Source of the DNA: a virus
Virus record (IMG/VR): IMGVR_UViG_3300034061_002899
DNA length: 64,000 bases
Direction: 5' to 3' (one strand)
Shown here: positions 35,186 to 44,117 of the stretch, in pieces
Position numbering within the stretch: position 1 is the first letter of the stretch
Layout: every line of letters begins with the position of its first letter
Notes under the pieces: generated by a model
Told to the model about the DNA's origin: nothing
The model's input: only the letters and a program-made list of their open reading frames with translations
Databases searched by the model: none
Translations under genes and position numbers: made by a program

Positions 35186-35886
35186 ATAGTTACTTCAATT
35201 CGTTTAGCCCAATAAGGGTTACGATTGTAATATGAATTGTTAATGTAGTTGATGCCACGAATGGTTGTGTCAACTACTTTTCCATATGTTCCATAAATCC
35301 AATGTGATACTTTGCTTTCTGTATCAAAAGATAGAATCATACCTAGATTCAATTGATCTTGAATTGATTTTGGTGCTTCTCTAAAATATAGTTCTTCACT
35401 AGGAACTGAATTAGATACCAATATAATTTTCTTAACGTCTAAATGTTTTTGTAGGCGTTCAAGTGTATTTTTAAGATATAGTATATCTTCATTTCTATGT
35501 TGTTCTACAAGTGCTTCTGTGACTGGATCTGATGGTATTGTATTACCATACCATCCATTTGCACCTGCAATTGCTATACCATCAACAATTACAACATGAT
35601 GGTGCATAACAGCAATATTTTTTACTGTTTGACAGATTTTGTGAATTTCGTTAGTTCGTGCGTCTATGTCGCCGGTATAGTTATATTCCGTCGAACCTAA
35701 GGTATAGAATATACCTTGATAAAATCTAGAGAGATGCAATAGGGTTTGTCTAATCGTGCGTAAATCACTACTAATATTACCTGCAATTATGAGGTATAAA
35801 CTAGTTGCTTTGCCTTCCCAATTAAAACTACTTTCAGGTGACAAATTTAAGTCACTGATTATGTCAAACCCTATTGTTGTCATCAA
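35182..35886 (-). CDS. degenerate calcineurin-like metallophosphoesterase
   Basis: ISDLNL, IAGN, LGSTE, WIYGT where DxH, GD, GNHE and GHxH are expected. Confidence 0.6.
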   Translation of the reverse strand: MMTTIGFDIISDLNLSPESSFNWEGKATSLYLIIAGNISSDLRTIRQTLLHLSRFYQGIFYTLGSTEYNYTGDIDARTNEIHKICQTVKNIAVMHHHVVIVDGIAIAGANGWYGNTIPSDPVTEALVEQHRNEDILYLKNTLERLQKHLDVKKIILVSNSVPSEELYFREAPKSIQDQLNLGMILSFDTESKVSHWIYGTYGKVVDTTIRGINYINNSYYNRNPYWAKRIEVTI

Positions 35887-36168
35887 TTATTTTGCAACGC
35901 TAATTTTTGGCTTTGCTGTACGAGCCGCAGGCTTTGCCTTAGCAGGTGCTTTAGCTTTTGCTGGGGCCTTTGGCTTAGCAGGTGCTTTAGCTGGGGCTTT
36001 AGCTTTTACAGGTGCCTTTTCAGCAACAGGAGCAGATGCTTCTACAACCAATGGAATCGGTGTAGTTGCGGCTGGTTCCGGTACTTTGTACGGGGCAGAT
36101 GGGTTAGCAGGTGCTGCCTCTACTGGTTTAGCTGAAAAGCCAAATAAACGCTTGATAAAGTCTATCAT
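35887..36168 (-). CDS. Ala/Lys/Pro-rich histone-like protein
   Basis: KAPAK repeats; GGAG SD; TAAATA upstream. Confidence 0.7.
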   Translation of the reverse strand: MIDFIKRLFGFSAKPVEAAPANPSAPYKVPEPAATTPIPLVVEASAPVAEKAPVKAKAPAKAPAKPKAPAKAKAPAKAKPAARTAKPKISVAK

Positions 36169-36264
36169 TTCTATCTCCTAAACATATATTTACTCGGGTT
36201 TAAACCATAAAGTTTTTTTCCTTAAGTATATGAAGTTTCCAAAATAAAACAGTATCATAAATAC

Positions 36265-36759
36265 ATGATGTTCAGAAAAGCCAATCTCGCCGAACTTATG
36301 CGTGAGGAGTTGCCTCCCATAGCATACCAAAAACGTCTTTGTTACAGGACCGACCGTGACGAAGTTATAGCACTATATCGTCTAATTAATAAGACAATAT
36401 TCAACAACAAATTAAAGATGCCAGAAATTGAAGTCATGGCCCGTTGTAGAAAATATTGGGGAATGTGCTATGGGTCATACGATGAACCAACTAAAAATCG
36501 TAGTTCCTGCAAGATTAGATTGATGGATAAATGGTACTGCCGTCAGTGGCTAATTACTACACTAGCACACGAAATGTGCCATCAATATCAATGGGATGTG
36601 CAGGGTATTGAGCGTAGGAAAATGGGGAAAGACCCTATTATGAGTCATGGTCCTAGCTTCTTTGTATTCAGAGATAAACTTAAAAAGCATGGAATTTCAT
36701 TAAAAAGCGCACACGGACGCAAACGCTGGTTCAAACATCAAAACTTCTTTAAATGCTAA
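36265..36759 (+). CDS. SprT-like zinc metalloprotease
   Basis: TTLAHEMCH...HGPSF. Confidence 0.82.
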   Translation: MMFRKANLAELMREELPPIAYQKRLCYRTDRDEVIALYRLINKTIFNNKLKMPEIEVMARCRKYWGMCYGSYDEPTKNRSSCKIRLMDKWYCRQWLITTLAHEMCHQYQWDVQGIERRKMGKDPIMSHGPSFFVFRDKLKKHGISLKSAHGRKRWFKHQNFFKC

Positions 36760-36789
36760 CCGTGATAAATACTCTATAGGTATATTATT

Positions 36790-38139
36790 ATGAGAGCAAA
36801 AGAATTTTTATCAGAGTCTAAAGGTATCATGGGCCGTATTCCCGGAGACAAATTCACCAATGGGGATAATATTTTAGAATTTCAAAATGTTACAGTATTT
36901 CCAGAAGAAACTATACAGTATGAAACACCGGAAGAGCGTGACGCCGTAATTGCATCTATAGAAAAAAAGTTAAAGACTAAAATACAATGGTCTAATAGTC
37001 CCAATAAAGGATCATTAGCATTTGGTATAGCAACCCTCACTGACCCACTAAACAATGATGCTCCAGTATACTGGGGTAGATACTTTAAACAAAAAATGGT
37101 AGATATGATGGGTGCTTGGAAAAATAGTGAAGTTCCCGCAGGATGGAAGCTACAGAAATCAGGATCTTTAAAATTAGATATAGCTATTGATCCACAGCAT
37201 CTTATTGCAACTGATGGAAAATTTAAAACAGTAGAACAAGTTATTAGAACAGTAGATAAAAACAGTCAAGGCAATCCGTTACATGATTCATTAGTAAATG
37301 GATTAAAACAAATCAAAGCAAGACAAAATCCTGTATTCGTCAATCAAATAAAAAATTTACCAGCACTTAGAGATTACTTCGGTGAGATCATGGGCCCGTG
37401 CGCCCTAATGTCAGGAATGATTGGTGGTCAAGCAGAAGATGCTAACAAACAATTATTAGAAGGTTCAGGTTGGGCTTCATGTCAAGTATTTTGGCCACAG
37501 GCCATGAACACAAACCTTGTTGACAGTGTATTCATAGGACCAAAAGGCCAAGAAATAGGTATTAGTAGCAAAGGTGGTAAGGGTGCTAGAGCAAGCGCAA
37601 AGAACATTGCAGACGCTATTAACAAAGCACCAGATGAACTAAAGGCTGAATATCCCTTTACTGTTGAAATATTAAACATAGTTCAAAATAGTACGGCATT
37701 AGATGCACCTTTTAGATTAGCAGAATTACTACAAATGTTACCTGCAAATCTTGAAAGAGAAATACTAAGTTATATTAAGTCAGGAAAAACTGATTACAAT
37801 GGACTAAGCAAAGATGCAAAAGAACTTTTTGATTATGGTACTCCTAGGCAAGATGTTCCCGGTTTCAACACAGGATATGCCTTGTTAGCATTGCTAGCTA
37901 AAAAAATGTCAAGTATTGTGAATGAAAATCCAACCTTTAGTGAAGGTGCAATAACATTCTTAAACCAATCAAGTATTGTTCAATTATATTGTAAGATGGG
38001 TAAGAGTGGAAATGATGCCCGTGTTACAGGTTGGGACGCCGTTTATCCACCAAACTTCCAAGGCCGTGTTGTATTAGATGGAAGTAAAAACTATTATAGT
38101 TCACGCATTGGCGGCAAATTCGCATTCGGGTTTGTTTGA
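36790..38139 (+). CDS. putative internal virion protein, possible PD-(D/E)XK-like fold
   Basis: MRAKEFLSE leader; GE..LVD..ISSKGG; TAAATA upstream. Confidence 0.55.
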   Translation: MRAKEFLSESKGIMGRIPGDKFTNGDNILEFQNVTVFPEETIQYETPEERDAVIASIEKKLKTKIQWSNSPNKGSLAFGIATLTDPLNNDAPVYWGRYFKQKMVDMMGAWKNSEVPAGWKLQKSGSLKLDIAIDPQHLIATDGKFKTVEQVIRTVDKNSQGNPLHDSLVNGLKQIKARQNPVFVNQIKNLPALRDYFGEIMGPCALMSGMIGGQAEDANKQLLEGSGWASCQVFWPQAMNTNLVDSVFIGPKGQEIGISSKGGKGARASAKNIADAINKAPDELKAEYPFTVEILNIVQNSTALDAPFRLAELLQMLPANLEREILSYIKSGKTDYNGLSKDAKELFDYGTPRQDVPGFNTGYALLALLAKKMSSIVNENPTFSEGAITFLNQSSIVQLYCKMGKSGNDARVTGWDAVYPPNFQGRVVLDGSKNYYSSRIGGKFAFGFV

Positions 38140-38150
38140 TCCTTTTCTAC

Positions 38151-38179
38151 TTGCAAATATATTCTTTTTATTATATAAT
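38151..38179 (+). promoter_or_regulatory. sigma70 promoter for clpP
   Basis: TTGCAA-17bp-TATAAT. Confidence 0.6.
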
Positions 38180-38202
38180 ACAATATAATTTAAGGAGAAT
38201 TT

Positions 38203-38790
38203 ATGAGTCTAGTCCCAATGGTCCTCGAACAAACAGCAAAAGGTGAGCGTAGCTATGATATCTATAGCCGCTTACTACGTGACCGTGTTATTTTGCTTGA
38301 AGGTGAAGTACATGACCAAATGGCAAATCTTATCGTTGCCCAATTGCTTTACTTAGAAAGTGAAAGCGATAAAGATATTTCAATGTACATTAATAGTCCA
38401 GGTGGTAGTGTTACTGCTGGTATGGCAATCTATGATGCAATGCAATTCATCAAACCCGATGTACAAACTATTGTAATGGGTCAAGCATGTTCAATGGGTT
38501 CATTACTTGCACAAGCAGGCAGTGCAGGTAAACGATTTATGTTGCCAAACGCACGACACATGATTCATCAACCAAGTGGTGGCGCACGTGGTATGCAAAG
38601 TGACATTGAAATTAGTTACAAAGAAATCACTTATTTGAAAAAACGTCTTACAGAAATCTATGTTAAGCATAATTCAGCCGGCAAAACATATCAAGATTTT
38701 GAACGTGATATGGATCGTGACAAATTTATGAGTGCGGAAGAAGCATTGGCATATGGTTTGATTGACAAAATTGTTGAAAAACGAGAATAA
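38203..38790 (+). CDS. clpP: Clp protease proteolytic subunit
   Basis: [28 protein letters not shown]. Confidence 0.97.
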   Translation: MSLVPMVLEQTAKGERSYDIYSRLLRDRVILLEGEVHDQMANLIVAQLLYLESESDKDISMYINSPGGSVTAGMAIYDAMQFIKPDVQTIVMGQACSMGSLLAQAGSAGKRFMLPNARHMIHQPSGGARGMQSDIEISYKEITYLKKRLTEIYVKHNSAGKTYQDFERDMDRDKFMSAEEALAYGLIDKIVEKRE

Positions 38791-38805
38791 AAAGTATTAC
38801 TTTTT

Positions 38806-38827
38806 GCCCCGGAAACGGGGCTTTTTT
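38806..38827 (+). terminator. intrinsic terminator after clpP
   Basis: GCCCCG-GAAA-CGGGGC-TTTTTT. Confidence 0.9.
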
Positions 38828-38842
38828 ATGACTATCCAAAAT

Positions 38843-38871
38843 TTGACAATAAATGGATTTGGGTTTACAAT
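38843..38871 (+). promoter_or_regulatory. early promoter repeat copy 7
   Basis: TTGACA-ATAAATGGATTTGGGTT-TACAAT. Confidence 0.85.
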
Positions 38872-38901
38872 ACATGTATTGATTAACTAAAGGAGCTAGT
38901 A

Positions 38902-39189
38902 ATGTTTCAAGAATCTATTGTTCGTGGTGTTGAGCGTGATATGCAACAAAAACGTGAAATCCGCATGTATGGTTGCACAGAAGCCCAAATGCGTGAGGCT
39001 GTAGAACAAAGTATTACTTTTCGTTTTTCAGGTCCTGCAATGATGGCCGCTAGTCTTATGTCTGACGCCCAAGAAATGATCAACACCGAATATGGTGAGA
39101 TTGATTTTATGCGAGCCGAGGACGCCCGTCAATGTCTGAATCGTGCTAAGTGGATTTTGTTTGAATATTGCGACACAGCCCGCGGTTGA
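38902..39189 (+). CDS. early hypothetical protein
   Basis: AAGGAG SD; stop lies inside next -35. Confidence 0.75.
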   Translation: MFQESIVRGVERDMQQKREIRMYGCTEAQMREAVEQSITFRFSGPAMMAASLMSDAQEMINTEYGEIDFMRAEDARQCLNRAKWILFEYCDTARG

Positions 39190-39238
39190 CAATAAATGGA
39201 TTTGGGTATATAATAGAGTCTTATTCAGTTGAAAGGGA
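39186..39238 (+). promoter_or_regulatory. early promoter repeat copy 8
   Basis: TTGACA-17-TATAAT-AGAGTCTTATTCAGT. Confidence 0.9.
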
Positions 39239-39242
39239 TTGT

Positions 39243-39503
39243 ATGAAAGTAGAAACAGCACTTAAAGTTATCCAAAAAGAATCACAATTTTTGGGTATGG
39301 GCGTGATGGAAACATTGCAATTTATTGCACAGAATCCATTAGCACAGCCCATGAAAACACTAGAAGCATTCAAGGTTCTTAATCCGACTTTTCAGTTCCC
39401 TAAGAAAAAGGTCAAAAATCTGATGTCCGGTAAGGAAATCGAAATTGATGCTGATACCCCACACTGTTGTAATCCTGCAACAGAGACTTATTGGTCAATG
39501 TAA
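39243..39503 (+). CDS. early hypothetical protein
   Basis: ATG 39243; VKNLMSGKEIEIDADTPHCCNPATETYWSM. Confidence 0.75.
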   Translation: MKVETALKVIQKESQFLGMGVMETLQFIAQNPLAQPMKTLEAFKVLNPTFQFPKKKVKNLMSGKEIEIDADTPHCCNPATETYWSM

Positions 39504-39507
39504 AAAT

Positions 39508-39562
39508 TTGACAATAAATGGATTTGGGTATATAATAGAATCTTAGACAGTAAAGAAAAGGA
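39508..39562 (+). promoter_or_regulatory. early promoter repeat copy 9
   Basis: TTGACA-17-TATAAT-AGAATCTTAGACAGT..AAAGGA. Confidence 0.9.
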
Positions 39563-39568
39563 CACGAA

Positions 39569-39790
39569 ATGACTACAGTATCATACGGAATGTTTAGCGA
39601 AGAAGGCAACAAACAAATTGCCGATATCATTGAATTCCACAAAAATCGTAAAAGCACTTGGCCCGTAGTATTGCAAAATTTGCGTGATGTGGCTGATAGT
39701 GACTATGAATTGTTCGGTGAAGCAATGGATACCGAAGTCCGTGAATGTGTCTATACCGCTTTGAATTTTGATACTGAATTCTATATCTAA
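39569..39790 (+). CDS. early hypothetical protein
   Basis: YGMFSEEGN..EAMDTEVRE. Confidence 0.75.
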   Translation: MTTVSYGMFSEEGNKQIADIIEFHKNRKSTWPVVLQNLRDVADSDYELFGEAMDTEVRECVYTALNFDTEFYI

Positions 39791-39803
39791 AAGGTAATAC
39801 TAA

Positions 39804-40025
39804 ATGACTAAATTTGAAAACCTCCAAGAATTGTTGTCTTTGCTCAACGAGGCTCAGGACCTCATTGAGGAAATATTTGGTGATGCAGACGAGGCTTTTG
39901 ACATGTCCATCAATCTTAGCAATGTCATCTCCGATGTGGAAAATGAGATAGATTTTGAGGACTTTAAACTTGACCAAAATTTGACAATAAATGGTGTTTC
40001 TGTTACAATAGAATCTAGACAGTAA
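39804..40025 (+). CDS. acidic early protein reading through promoter repeat
   Basis: C-terminal LTINGVSVTIESRQ is encoded by promoter copy 10. Confidence 0.6.
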   Translation: MTKFENLQELLSLLNEAQDLIEEIFGDADEAFDMSINLSNVISDVENEIDFEDFKLDQNLTINGVSVTIESRQ

Positions 40026-40034
40026 AGAAAAGGA
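39981..40034 (+). promoter_or_regulatory. early promoter repeat copy 10
   Basis: TTGACA-ATAAATGGTGTTTCTGT-TACAAT-AGAATCTAGACAGT. Confidence 0.85.
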
Positions 40035-40040
40035 CTCAAA

Positions 40041-40313
40041 ATGCGTACAAAAACTATCATTGACGGCTTCAAAAATTCACAAAAATTCCGTGTAATTTTC
40101 AAGGGTGACGGATCCGAAAACGATATCGGTATGTATATGACAATCCAGCAAATGACGGAAATGTTTGCTACAGTTAATGCCCGCGTTACATGCTGGGATT
40201 CGTTAATTAAATTGTCGTATTTGCGTTATGAAGCCAAGCGCACAAATCAACCATTACCGACAGGTCTAGGTCACACACTACGAGGCAAACAAGTCCAAGT
40301 TGACTTGGTGTAA
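40041..40313 (+). CDS. early hypothetical protein
   Basis: AAGGA SD. Confidence 0.75.
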   Translation: MRTKTIIDGFKNSQKFRVIFKGDGSENDIGMYMTIQQMTEMFATVNARVTCWDSLIKLSYLRYEAKRTNQPLPTGLGHTLRGKQVQVDLV

Positions 40314-40315
40314 TT

Positions 40316-40744
40316 ATGGCAGCATCATCTTTATTGGAAGCATCTACATTGAAGCCGAATGCGCTTTGGCTCAGGAATAGATCAGATCCGATATCAGCAC
40401 TTAAAACCTGTTATAATAAAATCAAAAGTTGTTGCAACTTAAATGTGCGCCGTAAGGAAAGAGGTATTACTCTAGAGGTAACATTTGAACAATGTTTGGA
40501 ATTGTATTATAAACAAGAAGGTAAATGTGCTATATCCGGAAGAGTCTTAGTTGGTAATGCCGGTCATGTAGACAAGATTTCAATTGATAGGGTTGATTCA
40601 ACCTTGTCATACAATATTGGCAACATCCAGCTTGTAACGGTTCAAGTAAACCGTGGCAAAATGGACTTTCAAGAGGAAGATTTTATTGCAATGTGTGCGG
40701 CAGTTACCGAATTTCAGAAGAAATTAAAAGGTGCCAAAGGTTGA
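40316..40744 (+). CDS. HNH/endonuclease VII-like nuclease
   Basis: QEGKCAISG..ISIDRVDS..YNIGNIQLV...N..K. Confidence 0.7.
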   Translation: MAASSLLEASTLKPNALWLRNRSDPISALKTCYNKIKSCCNLNVRRKERGITLEVTFEQCLELYYKQEGKCAISGRVLVGNAGHVDKISIDRVDSTLSYNIGNIQLVTVQVNRGKMDFQEEDFIAMCAAVTEFQKKLKGAKG

Positions 40745-40795
40745 CAATAAATGGTTTTGGGTATATAATAGAATCTTAAACAGTTAAATAAAGGA
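40741..40795 (+). promoter_or_regulatory. early promoter repeat copy 11
   Basis: TTGACA-17-TATAAT-AGAATCTTAAACAGT..AAAGGA. Confidence 0.9.
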
Positions 40796-40803
40796 CTTAC
40801 AAA

Positions 40804-41277
40804 ATGGCAACACGTTCAACAATCGCTCTCGAATTTGCAGATGGTACTATTGGTCAAGTGTACTGTCACTGGGATGGTTACTTGGCTCACAACGGTAAAA
40901 TCTTGTTTGAGAATTATTCTAATCCCTTTATCTTGCGTGATTTGATTGACCTCGGTGGATTGTCAAGTCTGCGCCCGACAATCGGTACAAAGCACCCCTT
41001 CAGTCACTATGATGTTGCAAACATGACATTGCAAGAATATGGTAACTTGTATCGTGACATGTGTACATTCTATGGTCGTGATCGTGGCGAAGGTCAGTCT
41101 GATGCAACATACTTCAAGGATTATGAACACTTTTTGGTTGATGGTCAAGCAGAAGAATACGATTACATTTTGCGGAATGTAGACGGTGTTGCTACTTGGT
41201 TTGTATCCGATCATGGTGGAGACTTTATGTTGTTGACAGAGGCTTTTGCTAAAGAAGCTGAAACAGAGGTAGCTTAA
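40804..41277 (+). CDS. early phage protein (YCHWDGY type)
   Basis: MATRSTI..VYCHWDGY..FYGRDRGE..EEYDY. Confidence 0.75.
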   Translation: MATRSTIALEFADGTIGQVYCHWDGYLAHNGKILFENYSNPFILRDLIDLGGLSSLRPTIGTKHPFSHYDVANMTLQEYGNLYRDMCTFYGRDRGEGQSDATYFKDYEHFLVDGQAEEYDYILRNVDGVATWFVSDHGGDFMLLTEAFAKEAETEVA

Positions 41278-41278
41278 T

Positions 41279-41611
41279 ATGGAAGCAGTAGTAGAAACAA
41301 CAGTTTGGAATGATAGCAACCTTGCTAATCATACATACTTACTTGATGGCACTAAAATGGTTGCGTATATCAAGGTTGGTTCTACTACTCCATTCTATTT
41401 CAAAAACCCAATCACAATCGACAAGCGTGGTCGTAAGTTTACTCCAGTAAAGCCTAATCCATTCAAGTCAGTTAAAGAAAAAAGTACAATCATTAAAGTG
41501 TCCGGCAGTAAGGGTAATATCTATTCTATTGATACAGAAGAAAAGACTTGCACATGCCCGGGCTTTATGTATCGTGGTACTTGTAAACATATAACTGAGT
41601 TAGTAACATGA
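41279..41611 (+). CDS. SWIM zinc-finger protein
   Basis: CTCPGFMYRGTCKH. Confidence 0.75.
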   Translation: MEAVVETTVWNDSNLANHTYLLDGTKMVAYIKVGSTTPFYFKNPITIDKRGRKFTPVKPNPFKSVKEKSTIIKVSGSKGNIYSIDTEEKTCTCPGFMYRGTCKHITELVT

Positions 41612-41754
41612 TGGAAATTATTCTACTATCAGTATCCGCATTTTGCGGATATTGTGCCTATAACTGTTTCAGAGTTGGTAATGACTTTTGGGGCTGGGCT
41701 AATCTTTTTATGAGTTCATGGAACTTTGCAAATTATTTGAATAAGGTAATGTAA
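41608..41754 (+). CDS. 48-aa membrane protein (not in ORF track)
   Basis: ATGA/TAATG coupling; hydrophobic. Confidence 0.55.
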   Translation: MMEIILLSVSAFCGYCAYNCFRVGNDFWGWANLFMSSWNFANYLNKVM

Positions 41755-42071
41755 TGATTAAACTACATCAAAAGTATAGACCAATTGAACTTAATAAAAA
41801 ATATCGAATCCATTATCGGTTAGAGACAGGTAGAAGTGAATCATATAATTGGCGTAGCCGTGTAAGATGGTATCCTGCAGGATGGAGAGTCAATCGTCAA
41901 ACATTAGGTAGACTTTTTAGTCGTTTACATTATTTAGGTTGTCATTCGCCCGGACCAATTCAAAAGAAATGGTATAAAGTGTATAATCAATTTGAAGAAA
42001 AATATTTCGCAACAAAAGGTAAGGCTAGTAAGCGTTACCAAGAAAACAATACAGCATATAAATGGTTATGA
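41754..42071 (+). CDS. basic hypothetical protein
   Basis: Coupled ORF, Arg/Lys/Trp-rich. Confidence 0.6.
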   Translation: MIKLHQKYRPIELNKKYRIHYRLETGRSESYNWRSRVRWYPAGWRVNRQTLGRLFSRLHYLGCHSPGPIQKKWYKVYNQFEEKYFATKGKASKRYQENNTAYKWL

Positions 42072-42910
42072 AAATCGCATTATGCAGTGACCTGCATTTA
42101 GAGTTTGAAGATATTGACCTCAAGAACACCGAAGGTGCTGAGGTCCTTATCCTATCGGGTGATATTATGATTGCAGAAGACCTGCACAATCATCCTGAAG
42201 AAAAGGTTCGTATTGCGGCAATGATTGACATTCTTGGTCGCCGACAAGAAATTGCTCAACGATTCCGTGACTTCCTAAAACGATGTAGCAAAGAGTTCCC
42301 TCATGTTGTTTATGTTGCAGGCAACCACGAATTCTATCACGGACGTTGGAAAGAAAGTCTAACACATTTACGTGAGGAATGTGACAAGTTTCCTAATGTT
42401 TACTTTTTGGAACGTGATGTAAAGGTTATCAATGAAGTGTCCTTTATTGGTGCTACATTGTGGACTGACATGAACAAGGGTGATCCACTTACGCTACATG
42501 CAATTAATGACATGATGAACGATTTTCGTATCATTCGCAATGATGAACATGGATATACTAAATTGCGGCCTGCTCATGCTATGCATCGTCACCATCAAAC
42601 ATTAAGTTATTTGAAGGCTGTACTACCTGATATGAAAGATAAAAAAGTTGTATTTGTAGGCCACCATGGTCCTTCTGCAATGAGTACACATCCGCGCTAT
42701 GCAGGTGATTACTTAATGAACGGTGGTTATCGTAGTGAACTAAGTGAAATGATTCTGGATAATCCACAAATTAAATTATGGACTCATGGTCACATGCATG
42801 ACCCATTTGACTATATGATAGGTACAACCAGAGTAGTATGTAATCCTCGGGGTTATTCAGGCCATGATCCTCAAGCAGATGTGTTTGAGTTAAAGTTTTT
42901 GGATATCTAA
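42068..42910 (+). CDS. calcineurin-like metallophosphoesterase
   Basis: SDLH, SGD, AGNHE, GHH, HGHMH, NPRGY. Confidence 0.9.
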   Translation: MKIALCSDLHLEFEDIDLKNTEGAEVLILSGDIMIAEDLHNHPEEKVRIAAMIDILGRRQEIAQRFRDFLKRCSKEFPHVVYVAGNHEFYHGRWKESLTHLREECDKFPNVYFLERDVKVINEVSFIGATLWTDMNKGDPLTLHAINDMMNDFRIIRNDEHGYTKLRPAHAMHRHHQTLSYLKAVLPDMKDKKVVFVGHHGPSAMSTHPRYAGDYLMNGGYRSELSEMILDNPQIKLWTHGHMHDPFDYMIGTTRVVCNPRGYSGHDPQADVFELKFLDI

Positions 42911-43006
42911 ATGAAACAAGGTGTCCAGAATATATTGTATGATAACAGAAAGTATCGTATAATCTATGTACGTTGTGACAACAACGAAATTTTAAAGGAA
43001 AATAAA

Positions 43007-43267
43007 ATGAACGTAACTAAGCAAACAGCCTTGTTGAAGGCTCTTCAAAACGGTGAGCAACTTACCGCAAAGCAAATCACAAGCCGTTTCGGTATTGCTA
43101 ACCCAACAGCAACCGTAAGCGACCTTCGCATCCGCGGTGGTTTTGCTGTTTACGCTAACAAGCGTACAAACAAGCGTGGTGAGACATTCACTAAGTACCG
43201 TTTGGGTACACCAGCCCGTGCAGTTGTAGCCGCAGGTTACAAGGCCTTGGCAATGGGTCTAGTTTAA
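43007..43267 (+). CDS. small winged-helix DNA-binding protein
   Basis: AAGGA SD, ATG 43007; LTAKQITSRFGIANPTATVSDLR. Confidence 0.7.
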   Translation: MNVTKQTALLKALQNGEQLTAKQITSRFGIANPTATVSDLRIRGGFAVYANKRTNKRGETFTKYRLGTPARAVVAAGYKALAMGLV

Positions 43268-43286
43268 TCTTTAACTAGATTGGGTT

Positions 43287-43309
43287 AAAAGGGCGTTTAT
43301 CGCCCTTTT
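43287..43309. terminator. intrinsic (possibly bidirectional) terminator
   Basis: AAAAGGGCG-TTTAT-CGCCCTTTT. Confidence 0.75.
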
Positions 43310-43314
43310 CCTAC

Positions 43315-43343
43315 TTGCGTTTAATTCAAAAGTGTGCTATAAT
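43315..43343 (+). promoter_or_regulatory. sigma70 promoter
   Basis: TTGCGT-17bp-TATAAT with TG extension. Confidence 0.65.
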
Positions 43344-43374
43344 AACACACGCACTAATTTTATAGGAGTAATCA

Positions 43375-43902
43375 ATGGGTTTATTTCACAGAATAATGAA
43401 CAAGATAGGTCGTTATCGTTTGATTCCAGATCGCCGCACTGGTCAAGATTATATGCACCGTTATTATTTATTTTTAAAAGACCGTAGTTGGTTCCCCTTC
43501 AATGTTACACTACACAAAATTGTGCGTAGTGATGATCCTATCATGCACGATCATCCCTGGCCTTATTTGACAATCGTACTCAAAGGTGGTTACTGGGAAC
43601 ATACTCCAGTCTTTGATAATAACGGAAATATGTTTGCTGAATTTCAAACATGGCGTGGTCCTGGTAGTATCATTTATCGCAAAGCAAATGACTATCATTG
43701 GCTTGAACTTGAAAATGATAAGCCAGCTACTACATTATTCTTTATGGGACCGCAACAACGTGATTGGGGTTTTTTAACTAACACAAAGACAGGAAAAAAT
43801 CGCTGGATTCAATGGGAATTGTATTTGACTAACTATAAAGAATATCATAAACGATACATTGAACCTAAGATTACACAAATGGCAAACAAAAAGAAGGATT
43901 GA
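43375..43902 (+). CDS. cupin-fold protein
   Basis: LHKIVRSD..HDHPW..GGYWE..H. Confidence 0.7.
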   Translation: MGLFHRIMNKIGRYRLIPDRRTGQDYMHRYYLFLKDRSWFPFNVTLHKIVRSDDPIMHDHPWPYLTIVLKGGYWEHTPVFDNNGNMFAEFQTWRGPGSIIYRKANDYHWLELENDKPATTLFFMGPQQRDWGFLTNTKTGKNRWIQWELYLTNYKEYHKRYIEPKITQMANKKKD

Positions 43903-43904
43903 TT

Positions 43905-44117
43905 ATGACTGATAGATTTGATTTAGAACAACATATTATGAAATGCTGGAATGTTACTGAGGATATTGACTTACTCAATTACAATGTATTAGAGAAGGAC
44001 ATGTCCAAAGATGATATCAGCAATTTCTTACTTGGATTAAAAACAATTTACGAATGCAAGTTTAATAACTTGTTTGATAATTTTAGTGAACTAATTGAGA
44101 ATGGAACAATCAAATGA
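43905..44117 (+). CDS. hypothetical protein
   Basis: MTDRFDLEQHIMKCW; AAGGA SD. Confidence 0.7.
   Translation: MTDRFDLEQHIMKCWNVTEDIDLLNYNVLEKDMSKDDISNFLLGLKTIYECKFNNLFDNFSELIENGTIK

Noticed and set aside
32861-38790. Bacterial chromosome or host contamination (clpX, clpP, rpsU, infA, fdxA)
   Set aside because: Genes are not in bacterial operon order (no tig-clpP-clpX-lon), sit among phage genes and use the same phage promoter motifs
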